Of a stretch of 64,000 nucleotides of DNA, positions 51,870 to 64,000 are shown piece after piece (the stretch's first letter is position 1; every line of letters begins with the position of its first letter). A program made the translations under genes and the position numbers. The notes under the pieces are model-generated. The model saw nothing but the letters and a program-made list of their open reading frames with translations, made no database searches and was not told the origin of the DNA. This DNA comes from Eledone cirrhosa (Eukaryota), in contig OZ024743.1 of the NCBI GenBank assembly GCA_964016885.1, positions 274,846,001 through 274,910,000 of the forward strand, given 5' to 3'.

Positions 51870-52380
51870 GTGTAAAGGCAGCATGGCTGAATGATTAAAT
51901 CCCGTGTTCAATCCCATGCATGACATCTTGTGTTAATATCATTTACTATAACTTGTTTCAGTGTTTCTCTAATACAAACCGATTTACGAGAGTTGACTTA
52001 AACTTACCACGCTGACTATGAAGGAGTGATACTAGAGCTGTTTCAACTCTTCTTATTAATAACTGCATTGTTTCTTTCCAGGGACTATGTTGAAAAATAA
52101 ACCACATTTGGTCATTCCATGAGAGTATCTTAGTCTGCCTATGAACTTTTCAGTCGATCCTCGTATAACAACGATACATTGTACGATACATAATTTCTAA
52201 CATTGGCACATGGCCAGCAGTTTGGAAGAAGAGACATATCGATTATATCAATCCCAATTCTTAACTATCATTCTGATCTTGATAAAGTTTATAGATGATG
52301 TAGTATGCTTAGGCTCAGAAAATGCTATAAAATAGCTTATAAATAGAGTAGATGCTCATAATGACGGGAAAAGATATTGT

Positions 52381-52458
52381 CAGTGGCGGCTACAAGGGAT
52401 CGAACATCGTATCTCTCAGATACCGGCTGAGTGTTCTGGCCTTTGAGTTAAGGGACCT
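52381..52458 (-). mobile_element. tRNA-like SINE head
   Basis: Minus strand ggtcccttaactcaaaggccagaacactcagccggtatctgagagatacgatgttcgatccc. Degenerate cloverleaf; not a functional tRNA. Confidence 0.5.
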
Positions 52459-52818
52459 CTGACATCTTACCATCCAAATTAGGGAGTTGAATCAAACAGC
52501 TTTTTGAAAATGTAAACAAATGTTTACCTACCTACGTATCTATCTATATATTTATCTATCTGTCTGTAAAATTGATTTCTAGAATAGGTACACAAATAAT
52601 ATTTTATGGACAGGTCAGAAAGTAGAGAGATTGTCAATTAAATCAAGTACTTGTTATAGACTGTTACAAGACAATGGGGGGAGCGCTCCTTTCGTGGTCG
52701 CTTGCTCTCAAATAACTCCTCAAATTACACTTTACCAACTTAAACATTCATGGAACTAGAACACATTAAAGCACGTGGTTGTGGATATACAAAACGACAA
52801 GATGGTCACGGTGAAAAT

Positions 52819-53970
52819 TTGAGCATGCGTCGTCTCTACCAGGGATAACATCTGGTTACAAAATACCAACTGGGATATGAGAAAGACGTTTTTGACCATG
52901 TGTCGTCTCTACTAGGGATAACATCTGGTTACAAAATACCAACTGGAATATAGGAAAGACGTCTTTGAGCATGCGTCGTCTCTACCAGGGATAACATCTG
53001 GTTACAAAATACCAACTGGGATATGAGAAAGACGTTTTTGACCATGTGTCGTCTCTACTAGGGATAACATCTGGTTACAAAATACCAACTGGAATATAGG
53101 AAAGACGTCTTTGAGCATGCGTCGTCTCTACCAGGGATAACATCTGGTTACAAAATACCAACTGGGATATGAGAAAGACGTTTTTGACCATGTGTCGTCT
53201 CTACTAGGGATAACATTTGGTTACAAAATACCAACTGGGATATGAGAAAGACGTTTTTGACCATGTGTCGTCTCTACTAGGGATAACATCTGGTTACAAA
53301 ATACCAACTGGAATATAGGAAAGACGTCTTTGAGCATGCGTCGTCTCTACCAGGGATAACATCTGGTTACAAAATACCAACTGGGATATGAGAAAGACGT
53401 TTTTGACCATGTGTCGTCTCTACTAGGGATAACATCTGGTTACAAAATACCAACTGGAATATAGGAAAGACGTCTTTGAGCATGCGTCGTCTCTACCAGG
53501 GATAACATCTGGTTACAAAATACCAACTGGGATATGAGAAAGACGTTTTTGACCATGTGTCGTCTCTACTAGGGATAACATTTGGTTACAAAATACCAAC
53601 TGGGATATAGGAAAGACGTCTTTGAGCATGCGTCGTCTCTACCAGGGGTAACATCTGGTTACAAAATACCAACTGGGATATGAGAAAGACGTTTTTGACC
53701 ATGTGTCGTCTCTACTAGGGATAACATTTGGTTACAAAATACCAACTGGGATATAGGAAAGACGTCTTTGAGCATGCGTCGTCTCTACCAGGGGTAACAT
53801 CTGGTTACAAAATACCAACTGGGATATGAGAAAGACGTTTTTGACCATGCGTCGTCTCTACCAGAGGTAATATCTGGCTACAAAATACCAACTGGGATAC
53901 AGGAAAGACGTCTTTGACCATGTGTCGTCTCTACCAGGGGTAACATCTGGCTACAAAATACCAACTGGAA
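52819..53970. repeat. 73-bp minisatellite, ~16 copies, with alternating A/B variants (146-bp higher order)
   Basis: Unit starts at 52819, 52892, 52965 and so on. ttgagcatgc..ctacca alternates with ttgaccatgt..ctacta. Confidence 0.95.
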
Positions 53971-54285
53971 TGAGAAAAATGTTATTTAAAAAAAGATCTT
54001 AGCATGATTTGAACGCAAAACATAAATAAAGAAAGATGAATTAGCATAAATGAAACTGAAATGGAACTGAACCAGATTCTCTTAAATTGAACACACTTCC
54101 TTCCCCTTGCTCTGAAGCTCTCCGAATTTCCAAATTATTTTTCTGCTTCAATGTTTTCAAAGCTAACGTGTTCACTGATTCTAATTTCATTACTTCATAC
54201 TTCAGGTAATTCCAATGACTAGAATTTAATGAAATCATTTCAAGGTCTCATATATATGGCAAAATTTTTCATAATTTCTTCCTGC

Positions 54286-55375
54286 TGGTAGTGGTGGTAG
54301 TGTTGTTGGTGATGGTGAGGTATTGGTGTTGGGGGACGTGGTGTTGGTGCTCATGGGGATGATGGTGGTGGTCGTGGTAGTGGTGGTGGTCGTGGTTGTG
54401 TTGGTGGTAGTGCTGTTGTTGGTGGTGAGCTATTGGTGTTCGTGTTCGTGTTGGGAGACGTGGTGTTAGTAGTAGTGGTGGTGTTGATGTTGGTGATGAT
54501 GGGAGTGGTGGTGGTGGTGGTCCTGGTGGTGGTAGTGTTGTTGGTGGTGAGATATTGGTGTTGGTGTTCGTGTTGGGGGACGTGGTGTTGGTGCTCATGG
54601 TGTGATGGTGGTGTTGGTAGTAGTGGTGGTGGTGGTAGTGATGGTGGTGATGGTGGTAGTGGTGGTGGTGGAGGTAGTGGTGGTGGTGGTGCTAGTGTTG
54701 TTGTTGGTGGTGAGGTATTGGTCTTCGTGTTCGTGTTGGAGGGCGTGGTGTTGGTGCTCATGGTGACGATGGTGGTGGTGGTGGTGGTGGTGGTGGTGGT
54801 GGTGGTGGTGGTGGTGATGGTAGTGGTGGTGATGGTGGTAGTGTTGGTGGTGGTGTTGGTGGTGGTGGGGTATTGTTGTTGGTGTTCGTGTTGGAGGATG
54901 TGGTGCTGGTGCTCATGGTGGTAGTGTTGATGGTGGTGTTGGTAGTGGTGATGGTGGTGGTGGTGGTGGTAGTGGTGATAGTCGTAGTGGTGATGGTGGT
55001 GGTAGTAGTGTTGATGGTGGTGTTGGTGATAGTGATGGTGATAGTGTTGATGGTGGTAGTGGTGGTGGTGGTGGTGGTGGTGGTGGTGGTAGTGATGATA
55101 GTCGTAGTGGTGATGGTGGTGGTAGTAGTGTTGATGGTGGTGTTGGTGATAGTGATGGTGGTAGTGTTGATGGTGGTAGTGGTGGTGGTGGTGATGATAG
55201 TCGTAGTGGTGATGGTGGTGGCGGTAGTGGTTGATGGTGGTGTTGGTGGTAGTGATGGTGGTAGTGTTGATGGTGGTAGTGGTGGTGGTGGTGGTGGTGG
55301 TGGTGGTGGTAGTGATGATAGTCATAGTGGTGATGGTGGTGGTGGCGCTGGTAGTAGAGGCAGTGGTGGTGGTGT
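54286..55375. repeat. (GGT)n-rich low-complexity tract with an internal ~120-bp duplication
   Basis: Direct inspection. Confidence 0.9.
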
Positions 55376-55575
55376 ATATTCTCGTGTTAGGGTATTTTTT
55401 AATTTGCTTATTTTATTCTAATGTGTTTATTTTACCAAGCAATATTCTCCAGGCTATTCTTCATTCCTCGTTTATCTATTTACTTGTTTAGTTGTTTGTT
55501 TGTTCGTGTTTTAATATCATTGAGATTAATGTAGTGAGGAGGCTATGTTCACTGATATAAACATATGATATGCAC

Positions 55576-55664
<89 letters not shown>

Positions 55665-55674
55665 CAGCATAGAT

Positions 55675-55811
55675 AGAGTTACGTCCCTTTATGGTTTGGG
55701 TTCAAATCGCACCGAGGTTAAATTTGCCTTTCATCCTTACGGGGTCGATAAAATAAGGTACCAGTAATGCACTGGGATAATTACTGGCCTTGTGCCAAAA
55801 GTAGAAACAAT
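55675..55811 (+). mobile_element. Meta-type tRNA-SINE
   Basis: ggttcaaatc...ttgcctttcatccttacggggtcgataaaataaggtaccag...gtagaaacaa. Confidence 0.8.
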
Positions 55812-56320
55812 TAAGTTTATTTACACAAGTCGCGCGTTTCTTGTTCGATTGGCTCAACGTACGATAGGTAGTGATCGAGCTCGACTCTCGAATCGATAGC
55901 TTATCAGACTGATGGATTCTCGAATATATATATGAAAAAGTATGACCCCGACGGCAGAGCTCAAGCCGTTTCGACGGCTATTTCTGGAATGTTGTGTTTT
56001 CGCATGGTGCGGGTGAAGAAACTAGAGCTGGGTGGAAAAGTCGGGATATGGTGTGATAGGGTCGGAAAGTATCTACTACGGAGATAGGAGCTAAATAACG
56101 AAGGAATTGTGGTAAGGAACCAGATGGACCATAACGCACCAGAGTACTCAATACTTAGGGTAGTAGAGTGGGTAATAGGAAAAGGTATGACCCCGACGAC
56201 AGAGCTTAAGCCGTTTCGACGGCTATTTCTGGACTATTTCCTATTACCCACTCTACTACCCTAAGTATTGAGTACTCTGGTGCGTTATGGTCCATCTGGT
56301 TCCTTACCACAATTCCTTCG

Positions 56321-56394
<74 letters not shown>

Positions 56395-56754
56395 TGTATA
56401 TATAAAGTGTTGTATGCATGGATGGATGAATGGATGTATCTGCACACACAGAAATTGAAAGAGTGAAAAAGTAAATATTTGCAGACATACGCCGCATAAA
56501 CACACGTATATACACCTATATCAACACATGCATGTGTATATAGGTTATTCTCAATTAGTTTCAGGTAAACAGGAGTATGTATGTGTATAATAATTGATGG
56601 GTGTAAATGTGTGAATATTTATAAGAGTATATGCATGTTTATGTGTGTGTGCGTGTGTGTGTGTAATGTGTGTGTGTGTGTGTGTGTGTGCATCTAATTA
56701 ATGAACAAATGTTTGAGATTAGATGTGATTTTGTGAGTGCGTCTGAACATCTAT

Positions 56755-57456
56755 GTGTGCGTGTATGTGCCGTATATGTGCCGTATATGTGCCGCGTATG
56801 TGCCGTATATGTGCCGTGTATGTGCCGTGTACCTGTCGTGTATGTGCCGTGTGTGTGCCGTATATGTGCCGTGTATCTGCCGTGTATGTGCCGCGTATGT
56901 GCCGTATATGTGCCGTCTATGTGCCGTGTACCTGTCGTGTATGTGCCGTGTATGTGCCGTATATGTGCCGTGTATGTGCCGTGTATGTGCCGTGTATGTG
57001 CCGTGTATGTGCCGTGTATCTGTCGTGTATGTGCCGTGTATGTGCCGTGTATCTGCCGTGTATGTGCCGTGTATCTGCCGTGTATGTGCCGTGTATGTGC
57101 CGTGTATGTGCCGTGTATGTGCCGTGTATGTGCCGTATATGTGCCGCGTATGTGCCGTATATGTGCCGTGTATGTGCCGTGTATGTACCGTGTATGTGCC
57201 GTGTATGTGCCGTGTATGTGCCATATATGTGCTGTATATGTGCCGCGTATGTGCCGTATATGTGCCGTGTATGTGCCGTATATGTGCCGTGTATGTGCCG
57301 TGTATGTGCCGTATATGTGCCGTGTATGTGCCGTGTATCTGTCGTGCATGTGCCGTGTATGTGCCGTGTATGTGCCGTGTATGTGCCGTATGTGTGCTGT
57401 ATATGTGCCGTGTATGTGCCGTGTGTGTGCCGTATATGTGCCGTGTATGTGCCGTG
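56755..57456. repeat. 11-bp minisatellite (gtatgtgccgt)n
   Basis: Direct periodicity. It explains the His/Cys-rich ORFs on both strands. Confidence 0.95.
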
Positions 57457-58935
57457 TAAGAACTGTGTTCGAGTGTGTTCAAGTGTGTGTGAAAAAGGGA
57501 GAGAGAGAAAGAGATGGGTAGAGGGGAGAGAAAGAGTAAAAATGGGGATAGAGAAAGAACGAGAGAAAGTGTGTGTAAATGTGCAAATGTTTGTTGGTTT
57601 GTGTTTGTATACGTTTGATTTTAGAATGTTTAAGTATTAATGTGGGTATGTGTGCGCATGTGTATGTGAGCGTATGTGTATGTGTGCTTATGTGTATGTG
57701 TGCGTATGTGTATGTGTGCGTATCTGTGCGTATGCGTATATGTCGATGTGTGTGTGTACATATGCATGTGCATGTGCGTGTATGTGGGTGTGTGCGTTTT
57801 TGGAAGTATGCGTATAAGTCTGTAAATAATTATGTAAGCATGTTTTGTGTGTGCGTGTGTGTGATGGGTAAAATTGTTATGCGTATGTGTGCGCACGTAT
57901 ATGTGTATGTAGCTATGTGCGTATGTGTATATATCTGCGTGTGTGTATGTGTATATATCTGCGTGTGTATGTGTATGTAGCGATACGTGTATGTGTATAT
58001 ATATATATATCTATATCTGTGTGTGTATTTCTATGTAGCTATGTGCGTGTGTTTGTAGCTATGTCTGCATGTGTATATGCCTGTGTGTGTATGTGTATAT
58101 AATTGTGTGTATATGCATGCAGGTATGTGTATATGTGTATATGCATGCAGCTATGTGTATAGCTATGGGTATAGCTGCATGCATATACACATACGCACAC
58201 ACACAGGTATATACACATGCAGATATAGCAACAAACACACGCACATAGCTTCATACAAATACACACACAGATATATATACATACACATATCACTACATAC
58301 ACATACACACACAGGTATATACACATATATATACATATGTATCTATATAGGTACATATGCATACAGGTATGTATATAATTGTGTGTATATGTATATGTAC
58401 CTATATAGACACACATACACATGTTCATGCACATACATACATATATATGTGTATATGCATGCAGCTATGTGTGTATATGTATATAGCTGTATGTATATGT
58501 ATCTATATAGACACACATACACATGATATATGCACATACATACAGATATATGTGTATATGCATGCAGCTATGTGTGTATATGTATATAGCTGTATGTATA
58601 TGTATCTATATAGACACACATACGCATGATATATGCACATACATACATGTGTATATGCAGGCGTGTCTATTCGTATGAATGTATAGGTGAAGTGAATGTT
58701 TATGTTTGTATAGAAAGTCAACAGTTCATTTCAAATTAGTCATGTTCATTTAAAGAAGCCTACCAAAATGAGTAAATTACCTCAGGGCGTCGCATACGAA
58801 AACGCAAATACACATGTGTGCACACATGAACACACTCTCATACACATGTACACAGACACACATGCATATCTATCTATATGTATGCATATATATGCATGTA
58901 TGTGCATATATTTGAGGAGTGTGGTATATGCATGT

Positions 58936-58991
<56 letters not shown>

Positions 58992-59079
58992 AATATATAT
59001 ATATATATATGTATATACCCATGCATATACCACACACTAAAATATATGCACATACATGCATATATACACTGACACACCA

Positions 59080-59115
<36 letters not shown>

Positions 59116-59123
59116 TGTCAGAA

Positions 59124-59998
59124 AGGTGTGTCAGAAAAGTTCCAGGACTGATGTCACAAAAGATTTATTTCAAACTCAAACTTCACACGAAAAATGTTCT
59201 CCTTCACAGTAATCCCCCTGGAGTATGTAACTGTAATCTTAGCTCTCTGCGGCGATCAAACTTTTTTCTTCATAATTTTATATACATGTCCTCTGTTTCA
59301 GGTTTCAAACAATGAGTACAGAGCAACGAACAAACTTGAAGTTTCTTGTACGGTTGGGGAAAAATCCGTCAGAAGCACTGGGATTGCTGCAGCAAGTGTA
59401 TGGAGATAAGACGATGTCACGCTCACGTGTTTTTGAGTGGTGCAAGATGACCCCAGGAGCGGAAGGCCCTCAACAACCAGGACTCAGGTCAACGTTGAAC
59501 GCGTCAGGCAGATGGTGCGTAGCGATCGTCGGCTGACTGTTCGAATGATGGCAAATGAGCTGGGCATTAATCGGGACAGCGTCTGGAAGATTCTCGCTGA
59601 AGATTTGGACATGCGGAAAGTCTGCGCGAAAATGGTGCCAAAACTGCTGAACGATGACCAGAAGGGTTGACGCATGTAAGTGTGCCAGGACATCCTCGAG
59701 CGTCTTGAAACCGAACCAGACTTCCTAGGGACAGTCATCACCGATTATGGATCTTCGAATACGACCCGGAGGGGACCCGTTTTGAAGACGTGGACGACAT
59801 CAAAAAGTCCGTGACGATGGAACTGCGGAGGATCCCGGAAGAATCCTTCCAAGAGTGCATGCAAGCGTGGCAGAAAAGGATGGAAAAGTGCATAAGACTC
59901 CAGGGGATTACTTTGAAGGAGGAAACTCTTAGTGTGAAGTTTGGGTTTGAAATAAATCTTTTGTGACATCAGTCCTGGAACTTTTCTGACACACCTCG
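59124..59998 (+). mobile_element. Internally deleted mariner transposon (irritans/Hsmar2-like)
   Basis: ~100-bp imperfect TIRs aggtgtgtcagaaaagttccaggactg... / ...cagtcctggaacttttctgacacacctcg|ta. Transposase N-terminus EQRTNLKF...VFEW, DDPRSGRP, RKVCAKMVPKLL, and C-terminus EKCIRLQGDYFE. Most of the catalytic domain is deleted. Confidence 0.92.
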
Positions 59999-60047
<49 letters not shown>

Positions 60048-60057
60048 TTACACACCA

Positions 60058-60111
<54 letters not shown>

Positions 60112-60184
60112 TTGTCTGTCAGTGCGAATGTACATACATATATATACATATATATACATATATATACATATATATACATATATA

Positions 60185-60218
<34 letters not shown>

Positions 60219-60221
<3 letters not shown>

Positions 60222-61120
60222 TGTTATACTTTGGGAGGGTCATGTTGCCAATAAGAAACACACGCACCAGTTGCTTTCACTTCAATTTATTATATATTTA
60301 TAAATTTATAAATTTACAAATCTACAAATTTATAAATTTCTGGTTGGTTGGTTGGTTCCACAACCAGATAGTTGTTTATATATAGTCATATTCCTTTCGT
60401 CACACACTCTGTGACCTCTTCAGTGACTGCGGATTCCTTTCTTTGTTTTTGTGCCTTTCCTTTCTTCTGTCCTACGCCATTGTGTTTCTGTGTGTGTGTT
60501 GTGTGCTCAGTTTGCGCATGCGCCACATCCGGGTGTCTGTGTGTGTTTGTGTTCATTTATCTATTTGTTTATTTATTTACATGTTGTTGGTTGGTTGTTT
60601 GTTCTATATGTGTGTGTGTTTTCATTTAAATGAAAATGAAATGAAAACACACACAAAAATGAAAACACACACACACATAGAACAAACAACCAACCAACAA
60701 CGTGTAAATAAATAAACAAATAGATAAATGAACACAAACACACACAGACACCCGGATGTGGCGCATGCGCAAACTGAGCACACAACACACACACAGAAAC
60801 AAAATGGCGTAGGACAGAAGAAAGGAAAGGCACAGAAACAAAGAAAGGAATCCCCAGTCACTGAAGAGGTCACAGAGTGTGTGACGAAAGGACTATGACT
60901 ATATATAAACAACTATCTGGTTGTGGAACCAACCAACCAACCAGAAATTTATAAATTTGTAGATTTGTAAATTTATAAATTTATAAATATATAATAAATT
61001 GAAGTGAAAGCAACTGGTGCGTGTGTTTCTTATTGGCAACATGACCCTCCCAAAGTATAACAATATCGGTTTCAACACACGATTTCAGATAAAGAATCTT
61101 GCTAAACAAATTCAGAAACG

Positions 61121-61122
<2 letters not shown>
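60219..61122 (+). mobile_element. ~410-bp-arm palindrome plus a 3' tail, with an HHR in each arm (PLE-type fold-back)
   Basis: 60219-60627 is inverted at 60628-61064, with a small duplication at the axis. An extra ~58-nt tail follows. Flanked by (TA)n. Confidence 0.85.
60856..60900 (+). ncRNA. Minimal type I hammerhead ribozyme; mirror copy at 60384-60428 (-)
   Basis: agtca CTGAAGA g gtcaca gagtg tgtgac GAAA ggac TA tgact. Confidence 0.72.
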
Positions 61123-61162
<40 letters not shown>

Positions 61163-61169
61163 GTGTGTG

Positions 61170-62655
61170 CAGTGGCGGACTGGGTCTAAAAATATTCGTT
61201 GCCAGGAAATGAAGGCGGTCCACCTACATATAGAATGCTATCATTTAATTTTTATTATGAACTAGCATTAAAGCCCGGCGTTGCTCGGGGTCATTAAGTT
61301 ACCAAAGTTAGGTTGCACCACCCATTTTATGGCAGCACTTTTTTGTCTGCCAGGCACTGGGTGAATGAATTGCAGACCTGGAAGCATGAGCTGCGCCAGC
61401 AGTGACAATTGTAGTTTCGACTATGTATATTATCTCTGTGCAAAAAAGTGTTGAAATGTATTGTTTCACAGTACTTGCGCAACACGCGCGTAGACGATGC
61501 CAGCCGAACAACAGAGCTGCGATGGAGTTGTTCTGCATGGTTGTCTGTGTGTTTTCTAAATTTAAGACAGTAGGGGTGGTTGTGATATGAGGGAGAGTTA
61601 GCTGTTGTTTCTAGCAGGTTTAGTGACCTCATAGAGGATATGTTTTCCAAATTTAAGACAGTAGGGAGTGGTGTGATATGGGGAGAGTTAGCTGCTGTTT
61701 CTAGCAGGTTTAGTGACCTCATAGAAGATATGTTTTCTAAATTTAAAACAGTAGGGAGGGGTGTGATATGGGGGAGAGTTAGCTGCTGTTTCTAGCAAGT
61801 TTAGTAACCTCATAGAGGATATGTGTTTTCTAAAATTAAGGCAGTAGGGAGTGGTGTGGGGAGGGGTGTGATATGGGGGAGAGTTAGCTGCTGTTTCTAG
61901 CAGGTTTAGTAACCTCATAGAGGATATGTGTTTTCTAAATTTAAGACAGTAGGGAGTGGTGTGAACGGACAGTATCACCATCAAGCTTGGAAAGAGAACG
62001 TAGCAGAAAGTATGAAGTTGTATAGATTTTGAATGGTAGTAGAAAGAGTTCAGCAGTTTAAATGAGAGAGAAAAATCGTAAAATATTGAGTTTTATCTAT
62101 TTTTTGCGTAATTGTGGGTGAAATTGAAAAAATTATCTGCGTCAAGACGCAATCGAAACTATTTCGAATACTGAATTGTAAATTTCAATTGAAGAAATTC
62201 TATATCGTAGATTTCTATAACGAAGGAGCATGACCGCACACTGAGCTTTATAGATTATGATAAATAACATTTTCAAAAAATACATAAGTGGAAACAAAAC
62301 AATGCAATCAAAATTTTGCGGGGAAATATCTTACCTTCTCCGATAAAAAATATTTTGCGAAATTTAGAGACTTTCAATAACAACCTTTGGTCTTTGACAC
62401 TCACTCAATGTATACACATATATATACATATATATTGGAGTGCGTGTATATATGTGCATGTACATGTGTATATATAGATTTGTATATATGTATACATAAC
62501 ATGTTTTCAACTTGTACAAAAATCCCTAGGGATCTAATTGACATTGTATATATATATATATTTATATTTATAAATGTGTGTATATACATATATACATCAC
62601 CTTTACCACTAATTGGTACCGAACATTATTTGGTTAGTAGTTCGTGTGTGTGTAA

Positions 62656-62689
<34 letters not shown>

Positions 62690-63011
62690 TTGTGTGTGTG
62701 TCTATATATGTATGTTTGCATACATGAATGAATACACTAAGCTTTAGATTTAGTAGAATGTACAACCACTGATTCCAGCTATTTGCAATATCATATATTT
62801 GGGTTTCTATTACTTTCCTGGGGAATTGGGTCACCAAATGCTTTGCTTGATTGTTTTATTTATTTCGTAAAAAAATGTTATTCTTTCTCTTAGACTTCAG
62901 GTGTTTTTTGAAAGCAAAGCATTGGCTTCTAAAATACTACAGTGGGCCCTGCAATGCCACTTTGGGCTCCCTGGGGCCCCCTTGCCATTGGGCAACTTGG
63001 CCAGTCCGCCA

Positions 63012-63014
<3 letters not shown>
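61170..63014. mobile_element. Non-autonomous TIR DNA transposon; its right end is duplicated at 63543-63740
   Basis: 14-bp TIRs cagtggcggactgg / ccagtccgccactg. 62836-63014 recurs, diverged, at 63543-63740. Confidence 0.65.
61262..62256 (-). mobile_element. Helitron relic with a decayed helicase-like fragment and an internal ~92-bp tandem repeat (61553-61962)
   Basis: Minus-strand 3' end cccgagcaacgccgggctttaatgCTAG. Translation fragments (LNLLETAANSP..CLK; HRL..VKQ..IVETTIVTAG) resemble Pif1/Hel motifs. Confidence 0.55.
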
Positions 63015-63059
<45 letters not shown>

Positions 63060-63216
63060 TGTTTATTAAAATAATCAAATTAAATTAATTCAACAGTTAA
63101 ACACTTATAGGAATAATAAGGTTGTTACCAAAGAGCCAGAAAATTGACAAGTCGACCTTAAATATGACTAATAACTTTAGGAAAGCCATGAACGACACCA
63201 CATATTTTTAACTTTG

Positions 63217-63515
63217 ATTTTGAAAGTAGGTTTATAATTATTAATTTTCATTGGATTTTTGTAGCTGTCTCGGTGGTCTAGTTGAAGGATTCATAGACGG
63301 TGGTGGTCCTGGTTTGAAGTTTGATCCTGGTCAGGGTAGGGTTCCCGGTAAACCTTTTCAGTTTTTTTCAGATGTAAAATAAAAACTGAAAGATTACGCG
63401 TAGCTCTCGAGCAGGAAGACCAGGATCTCCACCAACTCTAGTACCTACTGCTAGTTCACTGCGACAGCTACGAAAATCTTAAGAAAATGCATACTTATAA
63501 ACCTACTTTCAAAAT
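63217..63515. mobile_element. MITE/fold-back with ~65-bp imperfect TIRs
   Basis: attttgaaagtaggtttataa...gtagctgtctcggtggtctag vs ctagttcactgcgacagctac...ttataaacctactttcaaaat. Confidence 0.65.
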
Positions 63516-63799
63516 GTTCAATACAAAATGATGTGGTTAACTAAATGCTTTGCTTAATTGTTTTATTTATTTATTTTTTAATTTATTCTTTCTCTTAGAC
63601 TTCAGATATTTTTTGAAAGTTAAGCATTGGCCTCTAAAATACTACAGTAGGCCCTGCAATGCTACTGTGGGCACCTGTAATGCTACCGTGTGCCCCTTGG
63701 GGCCCACTTGCCATTGGGCAACTTGGCAAGTCCGCCACTGTGTGTTTGTTAAGGAGTCCTTTTGTTAAGAACATAAACTCTTGCTGTAATTTAAGGTTC

Positions 63800-64000
63800 T
63801 TATCTTCTACTTCTCCGTCCATTTATTCCTGGGAGGGTCGTGGGTGCAGAGTCCTCAGACACACCACTCATTGTATCCTATCTGAAGCAACCGTTTCCAA
63901 GCGAAACCAACTGAACCTATGGATGTTACCCAACCATCTTGCTCGTGGTCTACTTCTGAGATTCCTACCGGTTGGCTTTATCCGTAAAATCTGTTCTGCG
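63800..64000 (-). mobile_element. 3' end of an RTE-like LINE (continues beyond the window)
   Basis: Minus-strand translation KPTGRNLRSRPRARWLGNI...VASDR...LRTLHPRP resembles the G.RPRGRP..RW...A.DR..W C-terminus of RTE ORFs. Confidence 0.55.

Noticed and set aside
52819-53970. CRISPR-like regular array
   Set aside because: The whole 73-bp unit repeats with no unique spacers, no cas genes are present, and the context is eukaryotic.
54269-55491. His/Thr/Pro-rich or Val-rich ORFs
   Set aside because: (GGT)n low-complexity DNA; no splice or domain evidence.
56639-57640. His/Cys-rich ORFs on both strands
   Set aside because: Translation of an 11-bp minisatellite.

Overview
Eukaryotic, AT-rich, microsatellite-saturated genomic DNA. 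It is most likely a cephalopod such as Octopus, inferred from many Meta-domain tRNA-SINEs, CORE-SINEs and (TA)n/(TG)n tracts. No host protein-coding gene can be supported; almost all short ORFs in the track are simple-repeat artefacts. The recognisable content is mobile DNA. (1) A near-full-length Tx1/L1-clade LINE (22.9-28.9 kb). (2) An RTE LINE ending in three C2H2 fingers (29.0-32.4 kb). (3) A second RTE-type LINE with a 5' inversion (32.6-34.3 kb). (4) A Penelope-like element (PLE; RT+GIY-YIG) with inverted terminal repeats (34.3-37.6 kb), plus further PLE remnants. (5) maT and mariner transposon relics, Helitron relics, SINEs and several satellites. The most striking layer, not explained by the ORF track, is RNA structure. 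About 15 hammerhead-ribozyme (HHR) motifs from roughly six sequence families can be read by eye. They include a six-copy array of ~500-bp non-coding, highly structured HHR units (retrozyme-like, 12.2-15.4 kb) and a family with a branched, covarying stem II (21.5 and 38.1 kb). Most sit in (TA)n tracts, and several share the layout 'inverted 5' arm + sense arm + extra tail'. Coordinates were read by eye and may be off by a few bases.
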